64,000 nucleotides of DNA from a bacterium (GTDB lineage: Bacteria; Patescibacteriota; Andersenbacteria; UBA10190; CAIZMI01), in contig JAUSJG010000007.1 in assembly GCA_030647555.1 (NCBI GenBank), positions 36,169-100,168 of the forward strand, in the 5' to 3' direction. Position 1 is the first letter of the stretch, and every line of letters begins with the position of its first letter. A model generated the notes under the pieces. That model saw only the letters and a list, made by a program, of their open reading frames with translations. It was not told where the DNA came from and did no database searches. The position numbers and the translations under genes are program-made. Shown one piece after another: positions 29,498 to 39,844 of the stretch.

Positions 29498-29512
29498 CTA
29501 TAGTATATTTTA

Positions 29513-29899
29513 TTATTTCATAGACACATCTACACCTGCCGGGATTTGCAGGCTCTGCAACGCGTCTACCGTCTTGGGTGTAAAGTTTTGAATATCGATG
29601 AGGCGCTTGTGGACGCGAATCTCATACTGATCACGCGCGTCTTTGTGCACAAACGTTGAGCTGTTCACCGTGTAACGCTTCCGTTCTGTTGGAAGCGGTA
29701 CCGGACCAAAAACGCGGGCTCCGGTTCTGATCACCGTATCGGCAATTTGCTTTGCCGATTGATCCACGAGCTTGTAATCATAAGCCTTGATCTTGATGCG
29801 AATTCTCGGCCCCGTTTGTTCCGGAGTGACAGCCACGGCTTCCGCCACAACCTCATCCGTAACATCTTTGGCGTCGTCAATTATTTCGTCCGTAGGCAT
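29513..29899 (-). CDS. rpsJ: 30S ribosomal protein S10 with an ~25 aa acidic N-terminal extension
   Basis: The C-terminal 100 aa are canonical S10: [10 protein letters not shown]...RLIDI. Confidence 0.9.
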   Translation of the reverse strand: MPTDEIIDDAKDVTDEVVAEAVAVTPEQTGPRIRIKIKAYDYKLVDQSAKQIADTVIRTGARVFGPVPLPTERKRYTVNSSTFVHKDARDQYEIRVHKRLIDIQNFTPKTVDALQSLQIPAGVDVSMK

Positions 29900-29925
29900 G
29901 ATATTAAGGTGCAGTAATTAACAAA

Positions 29926-31131
29926 TTATTTGAGAATCTTGGTAACGATACCGGCACCGACTGTGCGACCACCTTCACGGATAGCAAAACGCATTTGTTG
30001 TTCCATGGCTACTTCCTTAATCAATGTTACAACACCCTTCACTGTGTCACCCGGCATAACCATTTCCGTACCTTCCGGTAAAGCGACTTCTCCTGTTACA
30101 TCCGTTGTGCGGATATAAAATTGCGGTTTGTAGCCCTTGAAGAACGGCGTGTGACGTCCGCCTTCATCTTTTGTCAAAACGTAGATTTCACATTCAAATT
30201 GAGAGTGAGGCGTGATGGATCCCGGCTTGGCCAAAACTTGACCACGCTCGACATCTTCTTTCTTTGTGCCACGGAGCAAGACACCGGCGTTATCTCCGGC
30301 CAAACCTTCGTCCAAAGTTTTGTTGAACATTTCAATACCGGTAACAATCGACTTGGCGGTTGGACGCAAACCAACGATTTCTACTTCATCGTTTGTGTGC
30401 ACCTTTCCTCTTTCAATACGACCGGTAACAACTGTTCCGCGACCTTCAATGGAGAAAATATCTTCAATGGAGAGCAAAAACGGTTGATCAATGGCGCGAA
30501 CGGGTTCCGGAATGGCTTCGTCCAAAGCAGCAACCAAATCGTAAACGGATTTTGCACCCGGATCTTCCGCGGAAGTGGCCTTCAACGCTTGCAAGGCGGA
30601 TCCGCGAATGACTCTGGCCTTTTCGCCATCATAATGATACTTGGAAAGAATTTCGCGCACTTCGGCTTCCACCAAATCAACCAATTCCGGATCATCCACC
30701 GCGTCAACTTTGTTTAAGAAAACGACAATTTCCGGAACACCAATTTGGTACGCAAGCAAAACGTGTTCACGAGTTTGTGGCATTGGACCGTCAATAGCCG
30801 ATACGACCAAAATTGCGCCGTCCATTTGCGCGGCACCGGTGATCATGTTCTTGACATAATCAGCGTGGCCAGGACAGTCAACGTGGGCATAATGACGCTT
30901 TTCCGAGGAATATTCGGTGTGCGCGGTAGCGATTGTTAAAATTTTAGTCGGATCACGACGACCTTCTTTTTCAGAAGCTTTTGCGATATCATCGTAACTT
31001 CGATCTGTCGCCAAACCCTTAAGGGACATAACGTGCGTCAACGCTGCGGTTAAGGTTGTCTTTCCGTGATCAACGTGACCAATGGTCCCGACGTTAATGT
31101 GCGGCTTATTTCTCTCAAACTTTTCTGCCAT
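29926..31131 (-). CDS. tuf: Elongation factor Tu
   Basis: 401 aa. [15 protein letters not shown] and NKVD GTPase motifs. Confidence 0.97.
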   Translation of the reverse strand: MAEKFERNKPHINVGTIGHVDHGKTTLTAALTHVMSLKGLATDRSYDDIAKASEKEGRRDPTKILTIATAHTEYSSEKRHYAHVDCPGHADYVKNMITGAAQMDGAILVVSAIDGPMPQTREHVLLAYQIGVPEIVVFLNKVDAVDDPELVDLVEAEVREILSKYHYDGEKARVIRGSALQALKATSAEDPGAKSVYDLVAALDEAIPEPVRAIDQPFLLSIEDIFSIEGRGTVVTGRIERGKVHTNDEVEIVGLRPTAKSIVTGIEMFNKTLDEGLAGDNAGVLLRGTKKEDVERGQVLAKPGSITPHSQFECEIYVLTKDEGGRHTPFFKGYKPQFYIRTTDVTGEVALPEGTEMVMPGDTVKGVVTLIKEVAMEQQMRFAIREGGRTVGAGIVTKILK

Positions 31132-31284
31132 AATGTTTTTCTCCTTGAAAATTAAGATTATTTAGACTTGTACCGCTACAACCTTACAATTTCCGAACTA
31201 CCAGGAATTATATAAGTTGACGCGATAGTAGTGACAGCACGACTGTAACAAAAAGCAACGATTTATGCAAATTTTTCGTTAATT

Positions 31285-33405
31285 TTAGTTTCCGACGCGA
31301 TGCTTTTTGCCCGACCGACCCTCGGTTACCTCTTTTGCTACGTTCGTGGGCACTGCTTCGTAGCGATTAAACTCCATTGTATAACTTGCGCGACCTTGTG
31401 TCATTGAACGCAACGACGTCGCGTAACCAAACATCGTCGCCAACGGCACAAAGGCATCAATCACCTTAACATTCATACGGTCGTTCATCCCTACAACTTG
31501 ACCGCGACGCGCGTTAAGATCTCCCACAACGTCACCCATATAATCTTCCGGCGTAGTGACTTCAACTTTCATAATCGGTTCGAGAAGGACCGGGTTAGCA
31601 GCCTTAACGGCTTCTTGAAAAGCTTTGCTACCGGCAATTTTGAAAGCGGCTTCGGAAGAATCGACATCGTGGTAAGAACCATCAAAAAGCGTCACAACAA
31701 CATCGATTGTCGGATAACCCGCCAACACGCCGGAATCGGAAGCTTCTTTTACGCCCTTTTCAATGGCCGGCACAAACTCTTGCGGAATAACGCCACCTTT
31801 AATTTCACTGACAAACTCCACGCCCTTCCCGCGTTCGAGTGGCGCGACGCGCAACCAACAGTGACCATATTGACCACGTCCACCGGACTGACGAATATAT
31901 TTTCCTTCCGCTTCCGCCGAACCGAGAATTGTTTCTTTGTAGGCCACTTGCGGGGCGCCAACATTGGCTTCCACGCCGAATTCGCGACGCATCCGATCAA
32001 CGATAATTTCCAAGTGCAATTCACCCATACCGGCAATAATCAACTGCGATGTTTCAATGTCGGTACTGATACGGAAAGTTGGATCTTCATCAGACAATTT
32101 CTTAAGCGCCATACCCATCTTTTCCTGATCGGCCTTGGTTTTTGGTTCGATGGCAATCCGAATAACCGGTTCCGGAAATGTAATGCGTTCCAACATAATC
32201 GGGTTTTCCTCGTCACACAAAGTGTCACCGGTTGTGGTGTGTTTCATTCCAATCAACGCGCCAATATTTCCCGCGGAAAGACTTTGCACTTCTTCACGCT
32301 TATCGGCATGAATCCGCAAAATTCGACTAATACGTTCCTTTTCGTTGGCATTTGCATTCAAAACGTATGTTCCGGTATTGATATTTCCGGAATAAACACG
32401 GAAAAAAGTAAGCTGACCGACATAGGGATCGGTGGCCACTTTAAAAGCCAGGGCCGTAAACGGTTCGGTGACATCGGGATGACGTTCAATTTTTACTTCC
32501 GGATCATCAATGTCGGTACCCATAATTGCCGGAACATCCATCGGTGATGGCAGAAGTTCGATCACCGCGTCCAAAGCAAATTGCACGCCTTTGTTTTTTA
32601 AAGCAGAACCGCATAAAACGGGAACCACTTTATAGGCAATCACGGCACGACGCAACGCGGAATGCAATTCTTCATAGTTCATTGTTTCACCGGCCAGATA
32701 TTTTTCGGTTAATGCATCATCGCTTTCGGCGATTTTTTCCACAAACTTATTGCGCCATTCTTCGGCTTGCGCTTTTTGGTTTTCCGGAATGGGAATTTCG
32801 ACGATTGTTTCACCGTGCGGACCATCAAAACGAAATGCTTTTAGTTTTAACAAATCGATGACACCGGAAAAATCTCCCTCACTGCCAATTGGCAAAAAGG
32901 CCGGTATCGCGTTTGGCGTTAAACGAAGAAGAATACTTTCGTAAGAACGGAAAAAATCCGCGCCTGTGCGGTCTAACTTATTGATGAAACAAACGCGCGG
33001 TACTTTGTATTTATCGGCTTGACGCCAAACTGTTTCACTCTGTGGTTCCACGCCGGCAACACCATCAAACACAACAACCGCGCCGTCCAAAACACGCAAA
33101 CTACGTTCCACTTCCGCGGTAAAATCAACGTGCCCGGGAGTATCGATCAAATTCAGACGAAAACCTTTCCAAAAACAAGTGGTGGCGGCCGAAGTGATTG
33201 TAATACCGCGCTCGCGTTCTTGTTCCATCCAATCCATTACCGTTTCACCTTCGTGCACTTCCCCGATTTTGTGAGAAATACCGGTATAAAAAAGCACACG
33301 TTCCGACATCGTGGTTTTACCGGCATCAATGTGCGCTACAATGCCGAAATTTCTAATCTTTTCGATTGGAATCGCGACGGAAAATTGATCGTCTTTTTCG
33401 GGCAT
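31285..33405 (-). CDS. fusA: Elongation factor G
   Basis: 706 aa. [17 protein letters not shown] and NKLD motifs. Confidence 0.97.
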   Translation of the reverse strand: MPEKDDQFSVAIPIEKIRNFGIVAHIDAGKTTMSERVLFYTGISHKIGEVHEGETVMDWMEQERERGITITSAATTCFWKGFRLNLIDTPGHVDFTAEVERSLRVLDGAVVVFDGVAGVEPQSETVWRQADKYKVPRVCFINKLDRTGADFFRSYESILLRLTPNAIPAFLPIGSEGDFSGVIDLLKLKAFRFDGPHGETIVEIPIPENQKAQAEEWRNKFVEKIAESDDALTEKYLAGETMNYEELHSALRRAVIAYKVVPVLCGSALKNKGVQFALDAVIELLPSPMDVPAIMGTDIDDPEVKIERHPDVTEPFTALAFKVATDPYVGQLTFFRVYSGNINTGTYVLNANANEKERISRILRIHADKREEVQSLSAGNIGALIGMKHTTTGDTLCDEENPIMLERITFPEPVIRIAIEPKTKADQEKMGMALKKLSDEDPTFRISTDIETSQLIIAGMGELHLEIIVDRMRREFGVEANVGAPQVAYKETILGSAEAEGKYIRQSGGRGQYGHCWLRVAPLERGKGVEFVSEIKGGVIPQEFVPAIEKGVKEASDSGVLAGYPTIDVVVTLFDGSYHDVDSSEAAFKIAGSKAFQEAVKAANPVLLEPIMKVEVTTPEDYMGDVVGDLNARRGQVVGMNDRMNVKVIDAFVPLATMFGYATSLRSMTQGRASYTMEFNRYEAVPTNVAKEVTEGRSGKKHRVGN

Positions 33406-33486
33406 TTGATGTTGTTTGCGCTAATAATTAAATTTTGTTCTTCTTTTTGATGCATTCCGAGTTTTTCTCGGAAACATTTTATCTTC

Positions 33487-33957
33487 TTAGAAGTTGAAAT
33501 GCGAGAACGCCTTGTTTGCTTCGGCCATTCTGTGCACTTCGTCGCGCTTCTTAATCGCGCCACCCTCTTTTTTCGCGGCATCCAAAAGCTCGGCCGCCAA
33601 TTTATCAAAAAACTTAATTCCATTTCGGTCGCGTGTGGCTTGAATAATCCAACGCATTGCCAAGGTGAGTCGACGTTCCGCGCGCACTTCCATCGCGATT
33701 TGGTAGTTCGCACCACCAACGCGCTTGGCTCGCACCTCCAAAACGGGAGAAACGTTGCGAATCGCATTATCAAAAATACTCAATGGATCTTGTTTGGTTG
33801 TTTCGCTGATGACGTCAAAGGCATCATAAACAATCGATCTGGCCAAAGTTTTTTTGCCACCCTTCATTAGATGGTTGGCAAAACGCTCAATCATAACGTT
33901 TCCAAACTTTGGGTCTGGGAGAATTTCGCGACGGGTTTTAATAGCTCTTCGTGGCAT
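33487..33957 (-). CDS. rpsG: 30S ribosomal protein S7
   Basis: 156 aa. Starts MPRRAIKTRREILPDPKF. Confidence 0.95.
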   Translation of the reverse strand: MPRRAIKTRREILPDPKFGNVMIERFANHLMKGGKKTLARSIVYDAFDVISETTKQDPLSIFDNAIRNVSPVLEVRAKRVGGANYQIAMEVRAERRLTLAMRWIIQATRDRNGIKFFDKLAAELLDAAKKEGGAIKKRDEVHRMAEANKAFSHFNF

Positions 33958-34029
33958 GGGGGGAGTATATTTAAATTAAACTATTTTCACAAGTTAATTT
34001 TACGCCGGATGGTAATGTGTTTTTAAGAA

Positions 34030-34122
34030 GCCCCCAAATTTTCAATTTCCAATTACCAATTTTCAAATAATTATCAATTCCAAAATTTTCAAACAACGAC
34101 GCGACGTTCCGTTTTGATAATT
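34030..34122. repeat. Family B element, partial: left arm and centre only; the right arm is replaced by a GC-rich hairpin GCCCGCCACATCGGCGGG
   Basis: CCCCAAATTTTCAATTTCCAATTACCAATTTTCAAATAATTATCAATTCCAAAATTTTCAAACAACGACGCGACGTTCCGTTTTGATAATT. Confidence 0.7.
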
Positions 34123-34226
34123 GCCCGCCACATCGGCGGGTCCGCCTGCTGGCGGAATAATTAGCAAGCTTGCTGATACCGGCCGAAATTCTATTTTTTA
34201 GAAATAATTTCATAGGTAAGAAATAT

Positions 34227-34664
34227 CTACTTCTTTTTGTCTGATGGTTTTTTTGTTCCATAAATGGAACGACCGCGACGACGCGTTTCCACACCTTGCG
34301 TATCGAGGACGCCACGGACAACACGATAACGGACGCCGTTCAAATCTTTGACGCGACCACCACGAACCAAAACAACAGAATGTTCTTGCAAGTTATGCCC
34401 TTCACCCGGGATGTGAGCGGTAATTTCCATCCCATTGGTCAAACGCACGCGGGCAATTTTACGCAAAGCGGAATTTGGTTTGCGAGGAGTTTGCGTTCTT
34501 ACCTGAATACAAACGCCCCGCTTAAACGGGCTACCCTTAGAAAGATAGACCGGACGATTTTTCAAAACATTGAACATTTTTCCCAAAGCTGGGACACGAG
34601 ATTTTTTTACGGCTTGCTTGCGGGGTTTTCTGATTAACTGATTAATTGTTGGCATTGATGGCAA
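34227..34664 (-). CDS. rpsL: 30S ribosomal protein S12
   Basis: Starts [13 protein letters not shown] and contains [10 protein letters not shown]. Confidence 0.95.
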   Translation of the reverse strand: MPSMPTINQLIRKPRKQAVKKSRVPALGKMFNVLKNRPVYLSKGSPFKRGVCIQVRTQTPRKPNSALRKIARVRLTNGMEITAHIPGEGHNLQEHSVVLVRGGRVKDLNGVRYRVVRGVLDTQGVETRRRGRSIYGTKKPSDKKK

Positions 34665-34865
34665 TATAAATAGAGGATTCTTCGCAAAATCAAAAAGAAA
34701 TTGCGTGTCATAGGAACTTTACGGAAAGAACGAATTGCCGTCAAGAGGCCATTAACGTGAATGCTGAATAACGAATGATGAATGATGATGCGACGTGGAC
34801 AAAACATGCTTATTGGCCACCTGTCATCCTTTCCTCACAACAACTATCGATCAGAAACTCCGTCC

Positions 34866-34893
34866 GCAGGAATTTGCCTTTTTTCTATCTTTT
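34866..34893 (+). promoter_or_regulatory. Candidate sigma70-type promoter (TTGCCT-N16-TATAAT) for the 325-aa gene
   Basis: TTGCCT is at 34866-34871 and TATAAT at 34888-34893. A GAGGAG SD lies 6 nt before the ATG at 34964. Confidence 0.35.
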
Positions 34894-34963
34894 ATTATAA
34901 TCATCCCGCGTTCGTTACACAATTTCGCCAAATTTGGCAATCGCAACTTGAGGAGCCTGAACC

Positions 34964-35941
34964 ATGTCGACCGATTCAACAACAACAGAAACGATCACCC
35001 CTCCGCCAGTAGCAGATCCCACCAAAGAAACCGACCCGCGTTTCCCGCTTGAGCAAATTATCGGCACCGAACCGATGAAAGTTTGCAAAAATTGGGCAGA
35101 CTGGTTAGACGAGTGGCAAAGCGCGGGCTTCTTCCAACGACTTGGCCTGCTTGAAGTGGGCCTTTTGATGCCCAGGACTACACGCGAAGTGGTTTGTCAG
35201 CAATTTCGATTTTTCGTTACCCTCTCCGATTACAAAACAAGCAAAGAACCTTGTATACACAACGTAAGGGAGTGGGGGGCATTAAGCGCGAAAGCCTCGG
35301 AAATGCTGGTCCGAGAAGTATTCACCAACAACGCCGACAAATATTCCCAGCCATCATGGTCTTGGCTTTTGGACACTCCAGAGTTGTTCGAAACCGTGTT
35401 GTGGTACTTCCGACCAAGGTTTTCTACCAGACAAATCAATCTTGTGGCAATCGACTACACTGACTCCGACGAATCCAAAGCCATTATGCGTAAATTTTTG
35501 CGCGATTTTTGCCGGCTGGCTTGGACCGAAGAAAAATGTGAAAAGCGACCATGGCTCGCAGAAAAACGCCCACAGATGGTTCCCATCCTTTGCGGACTAG
35601 GCGGACCGGCAATTTGGGAAGCGACGGACCAGCACGGCGTAATCAGCTTCGATGACGAATGTCTGAAAGCGCTTGAGCAAACAGTTCTTTCCGTCAAGGT
35701 CACTTTGCCACGCGACTCGGTCTATCGGTTTCCCAAAAACGTCCAGGATTCCGTGAATTGTGGCGTCGAATGTGCCCGTGTCCTTCTTGTTCTTCAGGCG
35801 ATGGCCACAGAAGAACTTCGGTACACACAGATCGATGCCCACGAAGAACGAATTGCCGAATTGCGCGGACAAATGGGCCAACTACAAATGGAGCTCGCCG
35901 CTCTCGGAGGCGATCTGCCCGACGAAAAGCCAGGACAGTAA
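34964..35941 (+). CDS. Hypothetical protein
   Basis: 325 aa with good SD support. The N-terminus is T/P-rich. No recognisable family. Confidence 0.5.
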   Translation: MSTDSTTTETITPPPVADPTKETDPRFPLEQIIGTEPMKVCKNWADWLDEWQSAGFFQRLGLLEVGLLMPRTTREVVCQQFRFFVTLSDYKTSKEPCIHNVREWGALSAKASEMLVREVFTNNADKYSQPSWSWLLDTPELFETVLWYFRPRFSTRQINLVAIDYTDSDESKAIMRKFLRDFCRLAWTEEKCEKRPWLAEKRPQMVPILCGLGGPAIWEATDQHGVISFDDECLKALEQTVLSVKVTLPRDSVYRFPKNVQDSVNCGVECARVLLVLQAMATEELRYTQIDAHEERIAELRGQMGQLQMELAALGGDLPDEKPGQ

Positions 35942-35981
35942 TAACGACAACCGGAAGGTTAATCCTCTCCGGTTTTTTTAT

Positions 35982-36623
35982 TTACCCCAGGAAAATATGT
36001 AGGAAAAATTCTACAGGTAACCGCACGATTACATCCAAAATCAAACCGTTGGTTAAACTATCGATAATTAATAACCCAAGAAGATACATATAGCCCTGAC
36101 GTTCCATACTATAAAGCAAGCCGGCGTTGTTTTTAAAAATATAAGGCAAAATCGCCGAACCATCGAGCGGTGGTATGGGAATTAAATTAAACATCATTAA
36201 TACTAAATTAATGGTAATAATCGCAATAAATAATGTTTGCAAATTTGTGCCCGCCGGCAAAAAACGAAAAATTAACGCAAAAATACAAGCCGTGAGAAAA
36301 TTGGAAACCGGACCGGCCAAAGCAACCAGCAAGCGGTCACGAATCGGTTTTTTAAAATTATAAGGATTTATCGGCACCGGTTTGGCCCAACCAAAGATAA
36401 AGCCTGTCCCCGTCATTAAAAGAAGGCCCGGAATAAGAATAGAACCCACCGGATCGATATGTTTTAGCGGATTAAGACTAATTCGCCCTTCGATTCTAGC
36501 CGTAGGATCACCCAACTGATCCGCCACATAAGCGTGCGCGGACTCGTGAATGACGATGGCGAGGATAAAACCAATGATGGTGGCGAGGATAGTGAGGGTG
36601 ATCATGGATGGATTATAGCACAA
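35982..36623 (-). CDS. Site-2 protease-family (M50) zinc metalloprotease, membrane-embedded
   Basis: HESAHAY is an HExxH inside a TM helix. The LDGS-like PPLDGSAIL motif is present, with multiple TM segments. Confidence 0.75.
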   Translation of the reverse strand: MCYNPSMITLTILATIIGFILAIVIHESAHAYVADQLGDPTARIEGRISLNPLKHIDPVGSILIPGLLLMTGTGFIFGWAKPVPINPYNFKKPIRDRLLVALAGPVSNFLTACIFALIFRFLPAGTNLQTLFIAIITINLVLMMFNLIPIPPLDGSAILPYIFKNNAGLLYSMERQGYMYLLGLLIIDSLTNGLILDVIVRLPVEFFLHIFLG

Positions 36624-36682
36624 AGTTTGATAAAAACTTGTGTTTTAAATTTTCAATCTCGTTCCAATGATTTTAACAACTA

Positions 36683-36810
36683 AATTATCAATTTTCAATG
36701 ACCAATTTTCAATTAATGATCAATTCTTAAATTATCAAAAGACGGCGTCATAATTGATAATTGAGCCCTTGATAATTAATTGAAAATTGGTCATTGAAAA
36801 TTGATAATTT
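36683..36810. repeat. Family B long imperfect palindrome
   Basis: Arms TAAATTATCAATTTTCAATGACCAATTTTCAATTAATGATCAATTCTTAAATTATC and ATTGATAATTGAGCCCTTGATAATTAATTGAAAATTGGTCATTGAAAATTGATAATTT, around AAAAGACGGCGTCAT. Confidence 0.8.
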
Positions 36811-36889
36811 TGTCGTGGGACTACTTTTCTTGCCTAAATCACGTCTCCGTGTTAAATTCCTTCAGTATTTAATTCTATTCCCCATCCCT

Positions 36890-37069
36890 ATGATGAAAGT
36901 TTGCCAGCGTTGCGAGAAGAAAACCCAATCTTCTTTTAGCCGAAGCCACTCGAATATCGCTTCCAAGCGTCGCCAATACCCAAACTTGCAAAAGTGCAAA
37001 ATCGCCGGAATCCGGATGCTTTTGTGCGCGTCTTGTATCAAGATCGCCACAAAAGAAATGACGAAGTAA
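36890..37069 (+). CDS. rpmB: 50S ribosomal protein L28
   Basis: MMKVCQRCEKK...SHSN...KRRQYPNLQK matches the L28 consensus. The longer ORF starting at 36794 begins inside the repeat, so the ATG at 36890 is used. Confidence 0.75.
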   Translation: MMKVCQRCEKKTQSSFSRSHSNIASKRRQYPNLQKCKIAGIRMLLCASCIKIATKEMTK

Positions 37070-37136
37070 AAATCTATTTTTTAAAGAAAACCATCCCCGC
37101 GTCCGCCAACTGACAGAGCGAGGATCTTGGTAAAAA

Positions 37137-37904
37137 TCATGCCGGACTAACTTCCGACGACTTTGTTATTTTCTTTTCAATTAATTCCGGAAATCGATTG
37201 TTTGTAATATCAAAAACTGTAATCTCAAGGAAATTAAGCTTAAGATGATTAACAATATCGTACTTACGCTTGACGTTATTGTCATATTTTTTGTTTGCCC
37301 CCTTCAAGCCAAAATATTCAATGAACAACCCATGATCTGGCAAATAAAAATCTGTATTAAGCTTTGATGACGGATAGTTTATATTTCGTTCATGTTTAAT
37401 TTTGCGATCATATAACCAGTCATCGATAATTTTTTCAGTAAAAGAATCACACCAGTGCCCATCTTTTGCAAGCATACGCTTCGTAAACTTTTCCGGATTT
37501 GGAACAAACCCTGCGGCAACAATTGCGTTATTCCAACTACCGAAAAACTTCTTACAAATTCTAAATTTGTTGAGTTCATATTTCAGCGGAATACATCCAT
37601 TTTTCTCATGAAATTCCTTGATCAGGCGCAAGATATCAGTCTTGTTGAATTTAATTTTGAACTGGTATTTTCTCAAACGAATTCTTGCTTTTCTTTTTTC
37701 TTCCAGTGTCCACTTATGAGCCTTTAATTTATGCCGTTCTTCAATCGCGATTTTCTGATCAAATGAAACATTAATTCCCTTTGTCCACAAAAATGCAGAA
37801 CCATTGCTGATTTTTAGCTTATGAGCAATTTCACGGTGCGTGTAACCTTCTGTTCGCAACCGCCTGGCACTATCTTTGGTGATAATTGTGTACATTTGCC
37901 CCAA
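37137..37904 (-). CDS. HTH plus homing-endonuclease-associated repeat (HARE) plus DUF559/Vsr-like PD-(D/E)XK endonuclease domain protein
   Basis: An N-terminal HTH, LRTEGYTHREIAHKLKIS. A HARE motif in the middle, GCIPLKYELNKF...FGSWNNAIVAAGF. A C-terminal DFYLPDHGLFIEYFG...YD, like DUF559 restriction-endonuclease-fold proteins. Confidence 0.6.
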   Translation of the reverse strand: MGQMYTIITKDSARRLRTEGYTHREIAHKLKISNGSAFLWTKGINVSFDQKIAIEERHKLKAHKWTLEEKRKARIRLRKYQFKIKFNKTDILRLIKEFHEKNGCIPLKYELNKFRICKKFFGSWNNAIVAAGFVPNPEKFTKRMLAKDGHWCDSFTEKIIDDWLYDRKIKHERNINYPSSKLNTDFYLPDHGLFIEYFGLKGANKKYDNNVKRKYDIVNHLKLNFLEITVFDITNNRFPELIEKKITKSSEVSPA

Positions 37905-37957
37905 TTAAATATTTTTTTATTGCAATAGAGTTCATTAGCCCTGATACTATTATAGTT

Positions 37958-38028
37958 CGGGGTGTCGTATAGTGGTAGTACATGCCCATGGGGTGGGTAG
38001 AGCCCGGTTTCGATTACCGGCGTCCCGA
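37958..38028 (+). tRNA. tRNA-Pro (anticodon GGG); CCA not encoded
   Basis: Acceptor stem CGGGGTG/CGTCCCG, with two G-U pairs. D-arm GTAT-AGTGGTA-GTAC. Anticodon stem TGCCC/GGGTA with loop ATGGGGT: U33, G37, anticodon GGG. T-arm CCGGT-TTCGATT-ACCGG. Discriminator A. Confidence 0.75.
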
Positions 38029-38038
38029 CGATAAAAAA

Positions 38039-38067
38039 AGAACAGCCTGTGGCTGTTCTTTTTTTGA
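38039..38067 (+). terminator. Rho-independent terminator after the tRNA-Pro
   Basis: GAACAGCCtgtGGCTGTTC followed by TTTTTTT. Confidence 0.7.
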
Positions 38068-38151
38068 GTCCGGCGCTGAAAGCGCCGTTACATCTGTCTA
38101 ACCTCATAAACCAACAAAAAAATACCCCGCCGTTGCTACGTGGGGCTTTGC

Positions 38152-38496
38152 TTATTGCTCTTCACTTTCTTCATTGCTCAGTGCGTCACGCATGCAAACA
38201 CGGAAAGGAGTAATCCAAAACCGATTAGGTGAACTAGCATACTCTTTTTCCGTACAATAACCCCGACGACCGTGAAGCTCCATCGTCCCGTCAATTTCGA
38301 GCGCGTCTCCGAGTTTAACTCGTTTGAGTAGTTCGCCAGCACCAACTGGCCGGCCGTCCGACAGATGCCAACTGGTCGCGTTTGAATCAACAATCATTCG
38401 CGCCAGCAAAGGTGGTTCACCGTCAATAGGAAGCACCAAAAATAATCCGCTAGGGTTCGCTTCCCTAACAACGGCTCTAACGTTTCTTAATTGCAT
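38152..38496 (-). CDS. Hypothetical protein
   Basis: 114-aa ORF with no recognised motif. Confidence 0.35.
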   Translation of the reverse strand: MQLRNVRAVVREANPSGLFLVLPIDGEPPLLARMIVDSNATSWHLSDGRPVGAGELLKRVKLGDALEIDGTMELHGRRGYCTEKEYASSPNRFWITPFRVCMRDALSNEESEEQ

Positions 38497-38678
38497 AACA
38501 GTGCTCCGAAAAAGTGTTGGGTAACGAACTAAAACATGATCGTATTAGCATATTTGTTTATTACTCGTCAATAATCAGCACCATTGTAAAAAAATATAAA
38601 ACCCGTTATGTTACCAAATAGTTATCAGAAAACGTTTTCTGATAGTTTTGTACGTTACCCAACTCTGGAGATCGAACC

Positions 38679-39791
38679 ATGAAAAAGACTGGACTGACTT
38701 ACGGTGGTGACGCCGGCATCAACTACGAAGACATGGATCCGTTCAAAATTGAGGCGCAAGAAGAAGGCCTGAAAGTCGCGCTCGCGTTGAACTTCCCGGA
38801 AATCACAAGAACGCGCGGAGAAAGTGCTTACGTTTCCGTGACACCCAAGGGGGAATTGCTAGCGCAAGTCGTCGAGGGTCTCGGTTCGGAAAATCAGGTA
38901 GCGGATTGGCTTTACGACAATCGTAGCCTCAACTTCTTCCGTGAGATCGGTTGGAGCAATACCGCCACGGCGCTCAACGACCTCATCACGACCGGTGCCG
39001 CACCATGGACTTACATGATGTTTCTCGCCGTCGGTGCCTCAAGTTGATTCCAAAACGAACGACGGCGACGCGCCATAATCGAAGGATGCAAACTTGCCTG
39101 TCTAAAAGCCGGATGTTCATATGGCGGTGGTGAATCGCAAACACTTACCGACGGACAAGTCAGCGAAAATTCCTTCGTCATGGCCGGCTCGGCAACCGGA
39201 GTGTTTGCGCGCGAAGACGACTTAATCGATCCAGACCGCATCACGGCGGGCGACTCAATCATCTTGGTCGATAGTTCCGGCGTCCACGATAACGGCATTT
39301 CTCTTCTACGGACAATCGCCAAACAGTTGCCTCAAGGATATGACACGCGACTTCCCGACGGTTTCCGGTTCGGACCGACAATTCTGAAAGCGACGTGCAT
39401 TTACGCGCCCTACATGGCCCGACTTCTCAACAATGGGATTGTTCCGCACTACGCTGTGTACATTTCCGGTCATGGCTGGTGCAAGCTGATGCGCGCGAAT
39501 CAGCCGTTTGAGTACGAAATCGACACGTTGCCTCAAGAACAACCCATATTCCCGTTTATTCAGACCGCCGGTCCGGTGACGACTCGCGACATGTATAAAA
39601 CCTTCAACATGGGTGCGGGATTGGCCCTGTACATCGCCCCCAAAGACGAAGAACTGGCGATCAGCCTGGCCGAACCCAGCGGTTGTACTGCTTTTCGTGG
39701 CGGTACAGTTCGCCAAAGCGACAAAAAACGGGTTTCAATTTTGCCGCTCGACATTCGGTTCGACGAATCAGATCTCCAAATCCGTTGCTAG
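38679..39791 (+). pseudogene. purM: Phosphoribosylformylglycinamidine cyclo-ligase (PurM/AIR synthase) interrupted by one in-frame TGA at 39045-39047
   Basis: The N-terminal half has SLTYGGDAGINYED. The C-terminal half has GDSIILVDSSGVHDNGISL, FNMGAGLAL and GCKLACLKAGCSYGGGE. Both halves are in the same frame, split only by the TGA. The two ORFs are 38679..39047 and 39180..39791. Confidence 0.7.
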
Positions 39792-39844
39792 TCCAAAGAC
39801 GACAGCAACAATAAGTCACGAATCGGTCCGCCGGTTCGTTTTTT

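Noticed and set aside
22478-29698. Calling the rpsJ-flanked segment a bona fide integrative element (ICE or prophage)
   Set aside because: No integrase, recombinase or excisionase ORF is visible between or next to the repeats. It is described only as a repeat-bracketed insertion.
30121-32547. Long plus-strand ORFs antisense to tuf and fusA (30121-30717 at 198 aa, 31498-32547 at 349 aa), and 48881-49777 antisense to the TSP3-repeat gene
   Set aside because: These are antisense frames of highly conserved or GC-skewed genes. They have low-complexity translations and no independent support.
38679-39791. TGA recoding (genetic code 4 or 25) as an explanation for the purM in-frame TGA
   Set aside because: tuf, fusA, secY and about 30 r-protein genes are intact under the standard code with no internal TGA, so TGA is a stop codon in this genome.
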